From a phage: a stretch of DNA of 64,000 nt. A program made the translations under genes and the position numbers. The DNA is taken from sequence record PZ027503.1; one strand, 5' to 3'. The notes beneath the pieces were generated by a model, which worked only from the letters and a program-made list of their open reading frames with translations, made no database searches and had not been told where the DNA came from. Below, piece by piece: positions 55,161-63,986 of the stretch (positions are counted from its first letter, which is position 1; each line of letters starts with the position of its first letter).

Positions 55161-55351
55161 AAGACGTTATTCAAATGGTATTCCGTGTAACTCTAGATGG
55201 TATACACGTTGTTAAAGGCACACAGAACTACACAGAAGCGAAAGAACACTTCTTAGAGTGGATTGATACACTGAAGACACAAGATGTGTCCTACAGCCGT
55301 GTTACGCTTACTGGCGACCATACCCCAATCATGGAGTACGTAAAGAAATGA
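55157..55351 (+). CDS. hypothetical protein (64 aa)
   Basis: ATG with GGAGG SD. Confidence 0.45.
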   Translation: MKDVIQMVFRVTLDGIHVVKGTQNYTEAKEHFLEWIDTLKTQDVSYSRVTLTGDHTPIMEYVKK

Positions 55352-55587
55352 GCAACTATCCAATTACAGGCGTAACCTATTCTTGTGTAGCAAAAGGTGG
55401 TTTATATACGGTAGTGGAATTTCCAAAACCTGCCGGAATATCTAAAGTGTTTGATCCTGTGGTTATCTATGAAGATCTTAGAACAGGTCAACGTTACTGG
55501 AGATTTGTGAATGACTTTTTAGATCGTATGGAGGTAGTAAGTGGCGAAAACACCGAAGAAGTTATCAAAGCCAAAGAACGTTACTAA
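55348..55587 (+). CDS. hypothetical protein (79 aa)
   Basis: ORF track; overlapping start/stop. Confidence 0.4.
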   Translation: MSNYPITGVTYSCVAKGGLYTVVEFPKPAGISKVFDPVVIYEDLRTGQRYWRFVNDFLDRMEVVSGENTEEVIKAKERY

Positions 55588-55894
55588 GAAACCGAAAAAC
55601 GAGGTTCTCAAAGTAGCCAAATCAGTTCCTAAGAAAGATAAATTTGATACGGAGGCATTCGTCTTTGACACACCAATCGAGAAGATTGAAGAAGCGTTGC
55701 AACGTCTTGAGGAGCAGGAGGCAGATCCAATGGCTGAACCACTCACGGCAGACCAAATTTATTGGTGGGGAATATGGACTTTGCAACTGCCAGAAGCAAA
55801 AAGAAGAGGAATGACTTCAGTTCCTACTTGTGCAAAAGAAGCGGCTGTGTTAGGTTTGTATGAGAAATCTAAAAAGAGGAGCAAAAAGAAATGA
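55541..55894 (+). CDS. hypothetical Lys-rich protein (117 aa)
   Basis: GTG with GGAGG SD; N-terminal KKLSKPKNVTKKPKNEVLKVAKSVPKK. Confidence 0.4.
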   Translation: MAKTPKKLSKPKNVTKKPKNEVLKVAKSVPKKDKFDTEAFVFDTPIEKIEEALQRLEEQEADPMAEPLTADQIYWWGIWTLQLPEAKRRGMTSVPTCAKEAAVLGLYEKSKKRSKKK

Positions 55895-56172
55895 TCAAGA
55901 CTTTTCTGAAGTGTGTAAAAGCAACAGATAATGAGTGGTACTCTGGATTATTCACTGCTGGCAAGAAATACGAGATCCTCAACGGAACAGGCAAGAAGTT
56001 TTCTCTTGTTGTAAATGATGAAGGAACGAAGCAAATGGTATTTGCTGAAAGTTCTGTTTATGGTATCTTTGAAGTAGTGCAAGAAGGCTCTCCAATGATT
56101 CTGGAGTATCATGGCACTAATAAACCATATACTGCTATGGATGTTATCAACAACAAGAGGAATGCAAAATGA
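55891..56172 (+). CDS. hypothetical protein (93 aa)
   Basis: ATG with GAGGAG SD. Confidence 0.45.
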   Translation: MIKTFLKCVKATDNEWYSGLFTAGKKYEILNGTGKKFSLVVNDEGTKQMVFAESSVYGIFEVVQEGSPMILEYHGTNKPYTAMDVINNKRNAK

Positions 56173-56351
56173 TTTTACTCTATTCCGGTAAGGCAAAATA
56201 CATGCAAGGTGTTAAACGTGTAGAGGTTACTAAGACAGTAACAATCGGGAAATCTTTTATCGTTTATTATTTCCTTGTTAATGGGAAGGAGTATGCTGTA
56301 GCAAAGACCTTGGTTGATAAGGGTAAAACGTGGAAAGTGGAGGCACTATGA
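56169..56351 (+). CDS. hypothetical protein (60 aa)
   Basis: ATG with GAGGA SD. Confidence 0.4.
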   Translation: MILLYSGKAKYMQGVKRVEVTKTVTIGKSFIVYYFLVNGKEYAVAKTLVDKGKTWKVEAL

Positions 56352-56554
56352 TCCCTATAGCTGGGTGGGTGGTATTGGCAACACTTAATGGGAATGTTAC
56401 TGTGGAGACTAAAACCATCTTCAAAGCACCAGAAGATTGCTATAACTCCTTGGTAACTTGGCCTCGTGATGAAGATGATAAGTCAGAGTATCAGTGTTTT
56501 TACATTGAGGGCAAGCCTGTAGAATTTGAGGTTAAAGTGAAGGAGGAAAAATGA
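56348..56554 (+). CDS. hypothetical protein (68 aa)
   Basis: ATG with GGAGG SD at 56348; the track start at 56330 lacks an SD. Confidence 0.4.
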   Translation: MIPIAGWVVLATLNGNVTVETKTIFKAPEDCYNSLVTWPRDEDDKSEYQCFYIEGKPVEFEVKVKEEK

Positions 56555-57021
56555 AAATTAAAGTAACTAAAGCTTACGATGATAACCCGAAGTTTATCTC
56601 TTTGAATAAGAGCTATGGTATCGAAAACGGTGATGAGTTCGAGGTTATCGATCTTTTTGAGGACCACGGGTATATTGTCAAAGCCCCAATCACAGAGCAG
56701 GCTATTATCATCTTACGCACAGAGGCTGTTGAGGTAGGTTCTGATGAGCCTCAATATGACAGCCCATACATGACAGAGTGGATCGTAGCTGTGGATGTTG
56801 GAGGTATGGTTTCTGTACTGAAAGCTCCTAATCTCCATCCTGGTTTTACAGAGAACGGTAAGACAGCTTTGGATTATGGGTTGCCAGAAGATGTTGAGAA
56901 TACACCGCCAGGTATGTACCGTTGGATTTGCTCTTTCCATGAAGAGAAGGATTGGGAATCAGGACTTGTTGATGATTGGCATTTTGAAGTGGAAAGTTCT
57001 TTTTTGATCATGCCAGCTTAA
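56551..57021 (+). CDS. hypothetical protein (156 aa)
   Basis: ATG with AAGGAGG SD. Confidence 0.45.
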   Translation: MKIKVTKAYDDNPKFISLNKSYGIENGDEFEVIDLFEDHGYIVKAPITEQAIIILRTEAVEVGSDEPQYDSPYMTEWIVAVDVGGMVSVLKAPNLHPGFTENGKTALDYGLPEDVENTPPGMYRWICSFHEEKDWESGLVDDWHFEVESSFLIMPA

Positions 57022-57031
57022 AGGAGGTTAT

Positions 57032-57376
57032 ATGAAAGTTTGGATAGATGATATGCGGAACCCAGCCGACTATGGACAGGAAGATGCAATTTGGTTTAAA
57101 ACGTCACAAGAAGCTATGGCCTTTCTCAATGATCCTGCTAAACTGTATCGAAGAGTAACCGAGTGGTCTTTTGACAATGATTTAGGTATGGAGTCAGACC
57201 AAGATGGGTATGATGTTTTCCTGCACCTGGAAGAACTTCTGGCGTTTGGTAAACCTTGCTTTGGTTCACCTACCATTTTCGTGCATACTTCTAATCCCGC
57301 CGCTGGGGATAAATTCATGCTTGCAAAAGAATCCATGCAGCGTTATGGTATTAAAATGATTCGTGTGCACTACTAA
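57032..57376 (+). CDS. hypothetical protein (114 aa)
   Basis: ATG with AAGGAGG SD. Confidence 0.45.
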   Translation: MKVWIDDMRNPADYGQEDAIWFKTSQEAMAFLNDPAKLYRRVTEWSFDNDLGMESDQDGYDVFLHLEELLAFGKPCFGSPTIFVHTSNPAAGDKFMLAKESMQRYGIKMIRVHY

Positions 57377-57385
57377 GGAGAGAAC

Positions 57386-57529
57386 ATGCATCATTCGGTT
57401 TGGTCGGAACAAGAAGAGGACGAAGGTTACTTTATCTACAGAGAAGAAGAGGATTGGCCCGACACAAGCAATGATCTTTTACTTCCAGATACTAGTTTTT
57501 TCGAGGATAATTTAAGAGAGGAGGATTAG
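57386..57529 (+). CDS. hypothetical small highly acidic protein (47 aa)
   Basis: ATG with AAGGAGAG SD; about 40 percent Asp/Glu; below the ORF-track cutoff. Confidence 0.35.
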   Translation: MHHSVWSEQEEDEGYFIYREEEDWPDTSNDLLLPDTSFFEDNLREED

Positions 57530-57535
57530 GAAACA

Positions 57536-57892
57536 ATGAGTGGTATTGAAAACAACATTTGTTACCAACCTCTTACCTGGATGGGTGAGGGTCATTATGC
57601 GCAACGTGTTATTGTCTGTGCTGCAAATAAGTATATTTTGAATAATGGCGAAGAGTTAATTATTCCTTGTGTTCGACATGCAAATCCTGTACTATATGCA
57701 CAGTTAAACGTGTTGAAAGAAGCAGGTGTAATCAACAAAACTTTGTGCACACCAGATAATCAAGGCTTTATCGATCAGTATTACAATTGGTGGAGTCGTG
57801 CGGATGCTTACATCATCGCGGAAAATGCTGACCAGATCGACCATGAGCGTAATGGTCACGACCATGAATTATTTAGCGAGGGATTATACTAA
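57536..57892 (+). CDS. hypothetical protein (118 aa)
   Basis: ATG with GAGGAGG SD. Confidence 0.45.
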   Translation: MSGIENNICYQPLTWMGEGHYAQRVIVCAANKYILNNGEELIIPCVRHANPVLYAQLNVLKEAGVINKTLCTPDNQGFIDQYYNWWSRADAYIIAENADQIDHERNGHDHELFSEGLY

Positions 57893-58443
57893 TGTTTATT
57901 ACAAGCGATTTGCATTTTATGCATAAACGCATTCGAGAGTTTGCTCCTGAATATCGTCCGTGGGAAGATATGGACCACATGACAGAAGCCTTGATCGAAG
58001 CATGGAACAAATGTGCTACTACCCCTGGTGTTAAGATGTGGCATTTGGGCGACTTCTGTTTCGGGACTGAAGAAGATACCCGTAAGATTGCTTCCCGTCT
58101 GCAAGGGGATATCACTTATCTTGTTGGGAACCATGATTACAGCAAGCACCGAGAAGTGCTTGCAGAGTATGGCGAAGTGGTGTATTATGACGAAGTGAAA
58201 TACCAGAAGCTGTTCTTCGTCTTAAGTCATTACCCTATTGCCTCCTGGAATAAACAAGGTCGTGGATCAATCATGCTACACGGGCATTCCCACGGATCTT
58301 TCCCTGATGAAGCTTATGGTAAAATGTTAGATGTGGGTTGGGATGCACACGGAAAAATCTTGCATTTTGATGAGATAATTTCTATGATGAGTAAACGAGA
58401 TATCGTGACTGTAGACCATCACAAAATAATCAAAGGAGAGTAA
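57892..58443 (+). CDS. calcineurin-like metallophosphoesterase (putative RNA 2',3'-cyclic phosphate / 3'-phosphate healing phosphatase)
   Basis: Motifs SDLHF (DxH), LGDFCFG (GD), VGNHDY (GNHD), LHGHSHG (GH). Confidence 0.6.
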   Translation: MFITSDLHFMHKRIREFAPEYRPWEDMDHMTEALIEAWNKCATTPGVKMWHLGDFCFGTEEDTRKIASRLQGDITYLVGNHDYSKHREVLAEYGEVVYYDEVKYQKLFFVLSHYPIASWNKQGRGSIMLHGHSHGSFPDEAYGKMLDVGWDAHGKILHFDEIISMMSKRDIVTVDHHKIIKGE

Positions 58444-58444
58444 T

Positions 58445-59377
58445 GTGACTAAATTTAATTGCGACGATTTGGTTGAAAAAGGTTTAGTTCATAAGAAAAC
58501 ATATAAAGAAGGAGAGTATTCTGGTCTATCTATTCTTAAGTATAAGAACAAAGTTTTCTGGGATAACTTATGGAGCATTGATTCTCGTCTTCTAGAATGT
58601 CGCGGAATCGTTGTTGATGCTGATGACAATGTTGTTATTTGGCCTTTCACTAAGATTTTTAATCGTTTTGAGAATGGCACAGATCTACCAGCGGATGAAC
58701 TTGTAGATGTGGTTCGTAAAGTAAATGGTTTTATGGCCTCTGTAGGTGTATATAAAGGTCAACTTATTGTATCGACAACAGGAAGCCTTGAATCAGATTT
58801 TGCAAGTATTGCAAAGAATCATATTGTTTCAGAGTGCGATGACATAGAACATTTCATCAAATGGGCAGAGAGTGCAAAAGCAACTTTCCTGTTTGAAATC
58901 TGTGATCCTTCTGATCCACATATTGTCGAAGAAGAACCAGGTGCATACTTAATTGGTGCCAGAATTCAAAATCCTGATGGGACAAGTTTTATGTTACCTG
59001 AAGGTGCTCTTGATGGAATTGCTTCTGTCACCAAATTTAAGCGTCCTGAAGTTCATCCAATGGTTAAGTTTTCAGATGTTGTTGAAATGTCTAAACATTG
59101 TAAACACGAAGGGTTTGTAGTTCGTGAAACAAACTATCCGTTCAACTTACTTTTAAAAATTAAATCACCACACTATCTTACTAAGAAGTTTCTTATGCGT
59201 GGTGGAGATAAAAAGTGGGATCTGATTTGGGATAATCCAAAAAATGCCAAACAAATTGTTGACGAAGAATATTACGCTTTGTTAGAATGGATTCGAAATA
59301 ATTTTACGAAGACTCAATGGGCTGCTTTAAATCAGCAAGAGCGACGTGAAAAAATCGAAAACTTCTTTGGAGGATAA
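58445..59377 (+). CDS. RNA ligase (T4 Rnl1-like)
   Basis: Nucleotidyltransferase motif I RKVNG, motif IV EGFVV, motif V LKIKSPHYL (compare T4 Rnl1 FKIKSDHYL as recalled); GTG start with AAGGAGAG SD. Confidence 0.6.
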   Translation: MTKFNCDDLVEKGLVHKKTYKEGEYSGLSILKYKNKVFWDNLWSIDSRLLECRGIVVDADDNVVIWPFTKIFNRFENGTDLPADELVDVVRKVNGFMASVGVYKGQLIVSTTGSLESDFASIAKNHIVSECDDIEHFIKWAESAKATFLFEICDPSDPHIVEEEPGAYLIGARIQNPDGTSFMLPEGALDGIASVTKFKRPEVHPMVKFSDVVEMSKHCKHEGFVVRETNYPFNLLLKIKSPHYLTKKFLMRGGDKKWDLIWDNPKNAKQIVDEEYYALLEWIRNNFTKTQWAALNQQERREKIENFFGG

Positions 59378-59782
59378 ATGAAACAACTTATCATTTTACG
59401 TGGCGTTTCAGGTGCTGGTAAATCTACGGTAGCAGAAATTATTTCTGAAGGTTATTGGCCTATCTGTGAGGCAGATCAATATCATTACACAGAAAGTGGT
59501 GTTTACGATTGGAAGCCAGAAAATGTAGGTAAAGCACACGCATGGTGTCAGAGTATTGTTCGTGATGCTATGGCATCTAATCTTAACAAGATTATTGTTT
59601 CTAACACTTCAACCACAGAGAAAGAACTTAAACCTTATCTAACTCTTGCTGAAGAGTTTGGTTATCAAGTTATCTCTTTAGTTGTTGAAAATAGGCACGG
59701 TAATGATTCAATTCACGAGGTTCCACAATATATTCGTGATCAGCAAGAGAAACGTCTTCGTGGTTCACTTAAACTTCAATAA
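59378..59782 (+). CDS. P-loop polynucleotide 5'-kinase-like protein
   Basis: N-terminal Walker A LRGVSGAGKST; 134 aa; adjacent to ligase and phosphatase. Confidence 0.55.
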   Translation: MKQLIILRGVSGAGKSTVAEIISEGYWPICEADQYHYTESGVYDWKPENVGKAHAWCQSIVRDAMASNLNKIIVSNTSTTEKELKPYLTLAEEFGYQVISLVVENRHGNDSIHEVPQYIRDQQEKRLRGSLKLQ

Positions 59783-59791
59783 GGAGTAATA

Positions 59792-60118
59792 ATGCAGATT
59801 TATACAGATGATCGTAAATATGAGACAATTTTAGATGAAAACACGGGACGAATCACAATCTTGCGCCACGGGGAAGAGTGGCGAGATGAAACTGGGGATA
59901 ACTATATCTTGTCTCTGATTCATCTTATTGAACAAATGCGTGATGATTACGCTGAACTGCATTATGAAAATGAGGCTAATAAAGTAAAATTTGAAAATGA
60001 ATTAGAAGAGAAAGAATCCGAAATGGTATATCTAAAAGAAGAGATCTCCCGTTTGGAGGAAGAGATTGATGCTCTTCAAGAAGAGATTTACGAACTCAAC
60101 AACGAACTTAACGCTTAA
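59792..60118 (+). CDS. hypothetical coiled-coil protein (108 aa)
   Basis: ATG with AAGGAG SD; C-terminal heptad-like EEISRLEEEIDALQEEIYEL. Confidence 0.45.
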   Translation: MQIYTDDRKYETILDENTGRITILRHGEEWRDETGDNYILSLIHLIEQMRDDYAELHYENEANKVKFENELEEKESEMVYLKEEISRLEEEIDALQEEIYELNNELNA

Positions 60119-60126
60119 GGAGGATT

Positions 60127-60318
60127 ATGAAAAAAGATATCGTTGTTGTTGGTTGGCTGACTTGCCCTTGTGGTAGTAATGACATAACTGTAAACACAGA
60201 GGGTGATAAAAATTATTTATTCTACGGGGATAAAATCACTTGCAATACCTGCGGACGTGTTGGTATTATAGAAACCGATGATTGTTGTGCTTTTGAATCT
60301 TGGGATGAAGAAGAATGA
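60127..60318 (+). CDS. small zinc-ribbon protein (63 aa)
   Basis: CPCG...CNTCG; ATG with AAGGAGG SD. Confidence 0.45.
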   Translation: MKKDIVVVGWLTCPCGSNDITVNTEGDKNYLFYGDKITCNTCGRVGIIETDDCCAFESWDEEE

Positions 60319-60536
60319 GTACTGCATTTTATGTTCGTAGCGGAGACGAGGATTTTCTAGCTACTTTTGATGACGGTGATCTTGAAGATATGTATGAAGA
60401 TATGCTTGACTATGCCAAAGGGCAAGGTTTCACAAGCATTGATTACATGTTGGCAACATCTACAACGTTACTCGACGCAGATTTGGATGAAGTGTGTAAC
60501 AGATTGAAAATTTCAGTTTTTAAATGGGAGGACTAA
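60315..60536 (+). CDS. hypothetical acidic protein (73 aa)
   Basis: ORF track; stop overlaps next start. Confidence 0.4.
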   Translation: MSTAFYVRSGDEDFLATFDDGDLEDMYEDMLDYAKGQGFTSIDYMLATSTTLLDADLDEVCNRLKISVFKWED

Positions 60537-61651
60537 TGCAACAAACAAATCAAACGCTGTATGGTAAAGATTCAAAAGGAAAACTTAAACAGTGGACAGT
60601 GTATACAGATGGTGCAGTTGTTACTGTAGCTCATGGAAGAGTAGGTGGAAAAATCACAGAAAAATCTTATACAGCAGAAGCAAAAAACATTGGTCGTTCC
60701 AATGAAACAACACCGGAAGAACAAGCTGAACTTGAAGCTTTTGCCAAATGGACAAAACAGTTAAAGAATGGCTATTATAGAACAAAAGAAGAAGCTGAAA
60801 ACCATGTTCCTTCCACACCAATGAAATGCCAGGATTATAAAGATTATCCTGAAAGGGTTGTGTTCCCTGGTTATGCACAATACAAACTGAACGGGTTACG
60901 TTCTATGATTAACATGAAAGGAGAGTGTTTATCAAAAGCTGGGGAAGTGTATAACCTGCCACCTCATTGGAAAGGTATTCCAAACTTTATTAGTGAAGTT
61001 GTTGGTCATCCTCTTGATGGTGAAGTGTTTGCTGGGTTAGGTGTCCTTAGTCTGCAACAAATTAACAGCGCCTGGAAGAAGCATAATGCAAATACACCTT
61101 TGCTGAATTATTACGTATACGATATTCCAGTTCCAGATCTACCGTTTGAAAAACGTGTTGATGTTCTTGCTGCTCTTAAGGCAGTAGTTGAAGATTATGG
61201 TCTTGACGAGCTTATTTGCGTAGTTCATACAGAGTATATTGAAAACCAAGAACAGTTTGATGCTTTCTATGAAAAAGCTTTACTTGAGAAAGCTGAAGGT
61301 GTAGTATATCGTAATGCTCACGGAGTTTACGAATTTGATAAACGTTCTTATGACGTTATTAAACGTAAGCCTCGCCACACCCTTGAAGTTAAAGTAACAA
61401 ATTCAAAAAGTGATAAAAATGGTGATGGAGTGTTGACAGGTGAGATGGAAAATGGTAAAGTAGTCGAATTCTTAATGCGTAAAGATGCTCATGAGACTAT
61501 CAATTATCGTAAAGCAGAGAATGCTTCTACCTTGATTAATCAGTTCGTTGAAATAGAGTATGAAGAATTTTCAGATGAAGGTATTCCAACAAAACCTGTT
61601 GGTGTTCGTATTCGAGAAATGATCCCAGGCACTTGGGAACCAGCAGAATAA
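60536..61651 (+). CDS. ATP-dependent ligase (probable DNA ligase)
   Basis: Motif I KLNGLR, motif III LDGEVF, motif IV EGVVYR, motif V VIKRKP; ATG with GGGAGGA SD (track start at 60524 lacks an SD). Confidence 0.6.
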   Translation: MQQTNQTLYGKDSKGKLKQWTVYTDGAVVTVAHGRVGGKITEKSYTAEAKNIGRSNETTPEEQAELEAFAKWTKQLKNGYYRTKEEAENHVPSTPMKCQDYKDYPERVVFPGYAQYKLNGLRSMINMKGECLSKAGEVYNLPPHWKGIPNFISEVVGHPLDGEVFAGLGVLSLQQINSAWKKHNANTPLLNYYVYDIPVPDLPFEKRVDVLAALKAVVEDYGLDELICVVHTEYIENQEQFDAFYEKALLEKAEGVVYRNAHGVYEFDKRSYDVIKRKPRHTLEVKVTNSKSDKNGDGVLTGEMENGKVVEFLMRKDAHETINYRKAENASTLINQFVEIEYEEFSDEGIPTKPVGVRIREMIPGTWEPAE

Positions 61652-61660
61652 GGAGGAAAA

Positions 61661-61855
61661 ATGTTCTTAGCCATTTTAATCGTTTTCAGTGTGCTTTCTT
61701 TTTATTGTATGAATGCTTCGGAAAGCTTTCCTAAGAATTCAAAGAAAAGAACCGTATGTATTGCGATTGATTCATGTATGTCTGGAGTTGGGTATGCGGT
61801 AGTTTCTTGCTTCTTAGCTTATCATTGTGCAAAATACCTGGAGGCATTTTTATGA
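61661..61855 (+). CDS. hypothetical small membrane protein (64 aa)
   Basis: ATG with AAGGAGG SD; N-terminal TM helix. Confidence 0.4.
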   Translation: MFLAILIVFSVLSFYCMNASESFPKNSKKRTVCIAIDSCMSGVGYAVVSCFLAYHCAKYLEAFL

Positions 61856-62034
61856 TAATTTTAGCAACAATTCTTATGATGTTGATAGCAATTGCTATTG
61901 TAATTCTGGCATCTTTTCCGGCGGATAAATGGTATTTCAATATTCCACGTATGCTTGTTTTCGGTTTCGCAGGAATTTACATGGGTGAGACTGTAGTAAA
62001 TATTAGCAACTTTCTAGAAAGCTATTTTAAATAA
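61852..62034 (+). CDS. hypothetical small membrane protein (60 aa, two TM helices)
   Basis: ATG with GGAGG SD overlapping upstream stop; track ORF from 61774 lacks an SD. Confidence 0.4.
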   Translation: MIILATILMMLIAIAIVILASFPADKWYFNIPRMLVFGFAGIYMGETVVNISNFLESYFK

Positions 62035-62043
62035 GGAGTTATA

Positions 62044-62769
62044 ATGATCGAGAATTTTTTTAAAGATATTAAATTCGATACTGAATTTTTCAAAAATGCA
62101 GCAAAGCACGTGATTGATTGGAATGCCAAAGCACGAGGTGGTGAACAACCTGAATTCACTCAAGAGCTATTTATGTCCCAAATCGGGTTCGTTCGTGAAG
62201 AGCTTAAAGAGTATGAAACAGCCGCGAAAGTAAACGATCATGTAGAACTCTTGGATGCAGCAGCGGATATTTTTGTAGTATCCAGTTATCTTACTTACAT
62301 GTTCTTTGGTGAAGAACATACGATGAATTTCTTGGACTATGCTGTAGGCGATGTTTTTACTCCAACTGTGTATACTGATTTTGATGCTTTGGAACAAACA
62401 TTTACAGAGCCAGTTCAAATGGCACTAATGGCTGCTGGTATTATGCGTATGTCTCGTGACACTCTAATCCGTTCAAAATATCCAGAAAAGAAAGTTATTA
62501 AAGAGGTATTGAAAAGTAATGATTCCAAGTATCCAACTAAACAACAGTTGCTGAAAACTTGGAAAACTTCAGATATCGATTCAGCCATTGCACAAGAATG
62601 CGCTGCAATTGAAGAACGAAATGCCAATCGTCCAGAAGGGGCATACACTGGTGTTCATGCTGTTTATAATGAAAAACAGAAAGTGTATGTGTTCTTTGAT
62701 GATAAAGGTAAGATCATGAAACCATCGACCTTTGTCAAACCTAATATTGCAGGTATTATTAACAAGTAA
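62044..62769 (+). CDS. putative MazG-like nucleotide pyrophosphohydrolase (241 aa)
   Basis: REELKEYETAAK...VELLDAAADIFVV resembles the MazG EExxE...ExxD metal-binding helices; tentative. Confidence 0.4.
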   Translation: MIENFFKDIKFDTEFFKNAAKHVIDWNAKARGGEQPEFTQELFMSQIGFVREELKEYETAAKVNDHVELLDAAADIFVVSSYLTYMFFGEEHTMNFLDYAVGDVFTPTVYTDFDALEQTFTEPVQMALMAAGIMRMSRDTLIRSKYPEKKVIKEVLKSNDSKYPTKQQLLKTWKTSDIDSAIAQECAAIEERNANRPEGAYTGVHAVYNEKQKVYVFFDDKGKIMKPSTFVKPNIAGIINK

Positions 62770-62825
62770 TGTTGTAAGCCGCCCTTTACGGGCGGTAATG
62801 TGAGATGTATTAAATAGGAGGAAAC

Positions 62826-63704
62826 ATGTTTGTAAAATCTTTTAAATCCGCTCTGCCTATGGTTGTTGGTGACAATGCTTCTGTAGCATCCCTTAACAAC
62901 ATTACAGATATTCCTCTGGAATTTGTAACAGCAGAAGGCTCCCAGTCACACACTATCGGTCTTGTTCGTTTCGAAGATGACTCTAAATTTGTAAAAGAGT
63001 TCTCAGATCTTGAACTACTTAATGTAGGTCAATCTGTGAAGAAGGTAGATAAAAAGAAAGTTAAACGTATTCTGAATGAACGTCTAGAAGAAATGCGTCA
63101 GGACATGGAGAGCGAAGGTAAAGAGTTTTATGTCGATAAAGAAGTAGTCAAAGCAATGAAGGAAGATATTGAATTTGCACTATTGCCTGAAACAGAACCT
63201 GAAGATTTCTTTAACTATGTTGTCTTGGATAAAACTACGAATCTTCTTTATGTTCTTAATGGAAGTAAAAAGGTTGCAGAAGAGATTACTTCTTTCCTCC
63301 GTTCCGTTCTGGGGACTTTCCCTTCGGTAGGTTTTAGTGTGCACGAAGAAGCTATTGTAAAAGGTTTTGGTGAATTGCTGGAGAATCATGAAGCAGATCG
63401 TATTACTCTCGGAAATTATATCAAAATGGAGGATAGCGAGGGCGTTGTTGTTTGGAGTAAAGAATCCCTATATGAGTCTAAAGCTGTCGAACTAAAAGAA
63501 GATGGTAAAGATGTGGTTGCAATCGGTCTTGAATATGACGGTGTTGTAGATTTTGTAGTGGATAAAGAGTTTAAACTTTCTAAACTACGTTTTCCGAAAT
63601 ATTTTGCAGACGAAGAAGGTAGTATTGAAGCTTCAGTCCTTCTGTGCTTCAATGAGATTCGAGGTCTGATGGAAGATTTAACCAAAGCAACAATCCTTAA
63701 ATAA
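62826..63704 (+). CDS. hypothetical protein (292 aa)
   Basis: ATG with AGGAGG SD. Confidence 0.45.
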   Translation: MFVKSFKSALPMVVGDNASVASLNNITDIPLEFVTAEGSQSHTIGLVRFEDDSKFVKEFSDLELLNVGQSVKKVDKKKVKRILNERLEEMRQDMESEGKEFYVDKEVVKAMKEDIEFALLPETEPEDFFNYVVLDKTTNLLYVLNGSKKVAEEITSFLRSVLGTFPSVGFSVHEEAIVKGFGELLENHEADRITLGNYIKMEDSEGVVVWSKESLYESKAVELKEDGKDVVAIGLEYDGVVDFVVDKEFKLSKLRFPKYFADEEGSIEASVLLCFNEIRGLMEDLTKATILK

Positions 63705-63708
63705 GTTC

Positions 63709-63737
63709 TTGACTTGCGGGATTAGTTATGATATTAT
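63709..63737 (+). promoter_or_regulatory. sigma70-like promoter
   Basis: TTGACT - 17 nt - TATTAT; immediately precedes a hairpin. Confidence 0.45.
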
Positions 63738-63766
63738 GCCTACCTACTTAATGAGGTAGGCTTTTT
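63738..63766 (+). terminator. rho-independent terminator
   Basis: 8-bp stem GCCTACCT/AGGTAGGC with 8-nt loop followed by TTTTT. Confidence 0.45.
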
Positions 63767-63776
63767 AGGAGGCGTT

Positions 63777-63986
63777 ATGAAAAAGATTCTGACAGTCGTT
63801 CTTTTAGCTTTTAGTTTCACAGTAGCAGCAGGTCAAATTACTTTAATCTTGTCTGATTCTGAAGTTAATGGCAACACAAAATATTGCTACTATTCTAACG
63901 CTAACCAAGATGAAGTTATAGCAATCCCGAAAAGTCGTCAATGTCCGTATACTAAAACATTCTCAACAGAGGATGATGATGAATAA
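63777..63986 (+). CDS. small secreted protein (69 aa) with signal peptide
   Basis: N-terminal MKKILTVVLLAFSFTVAAG; two Cys; acidic C-terminus; AGGAGG SD. Confidence 0.45.
   Translation: MKKILTVVLLAFSFTVAAGQITLILSDSEVNGNTKYCYYSNANQDEVIAIPKSRQCPYTKTFSTEDDDE

Noticed and set aside
62826-63704. Weak resemblance of the 292-aa protein N-terminus to RdgC-like recombination proteins
   Set aside because: The similarity is limited to a few N-terminal residues and cannot be supported without a profile search; left as hypothetical.
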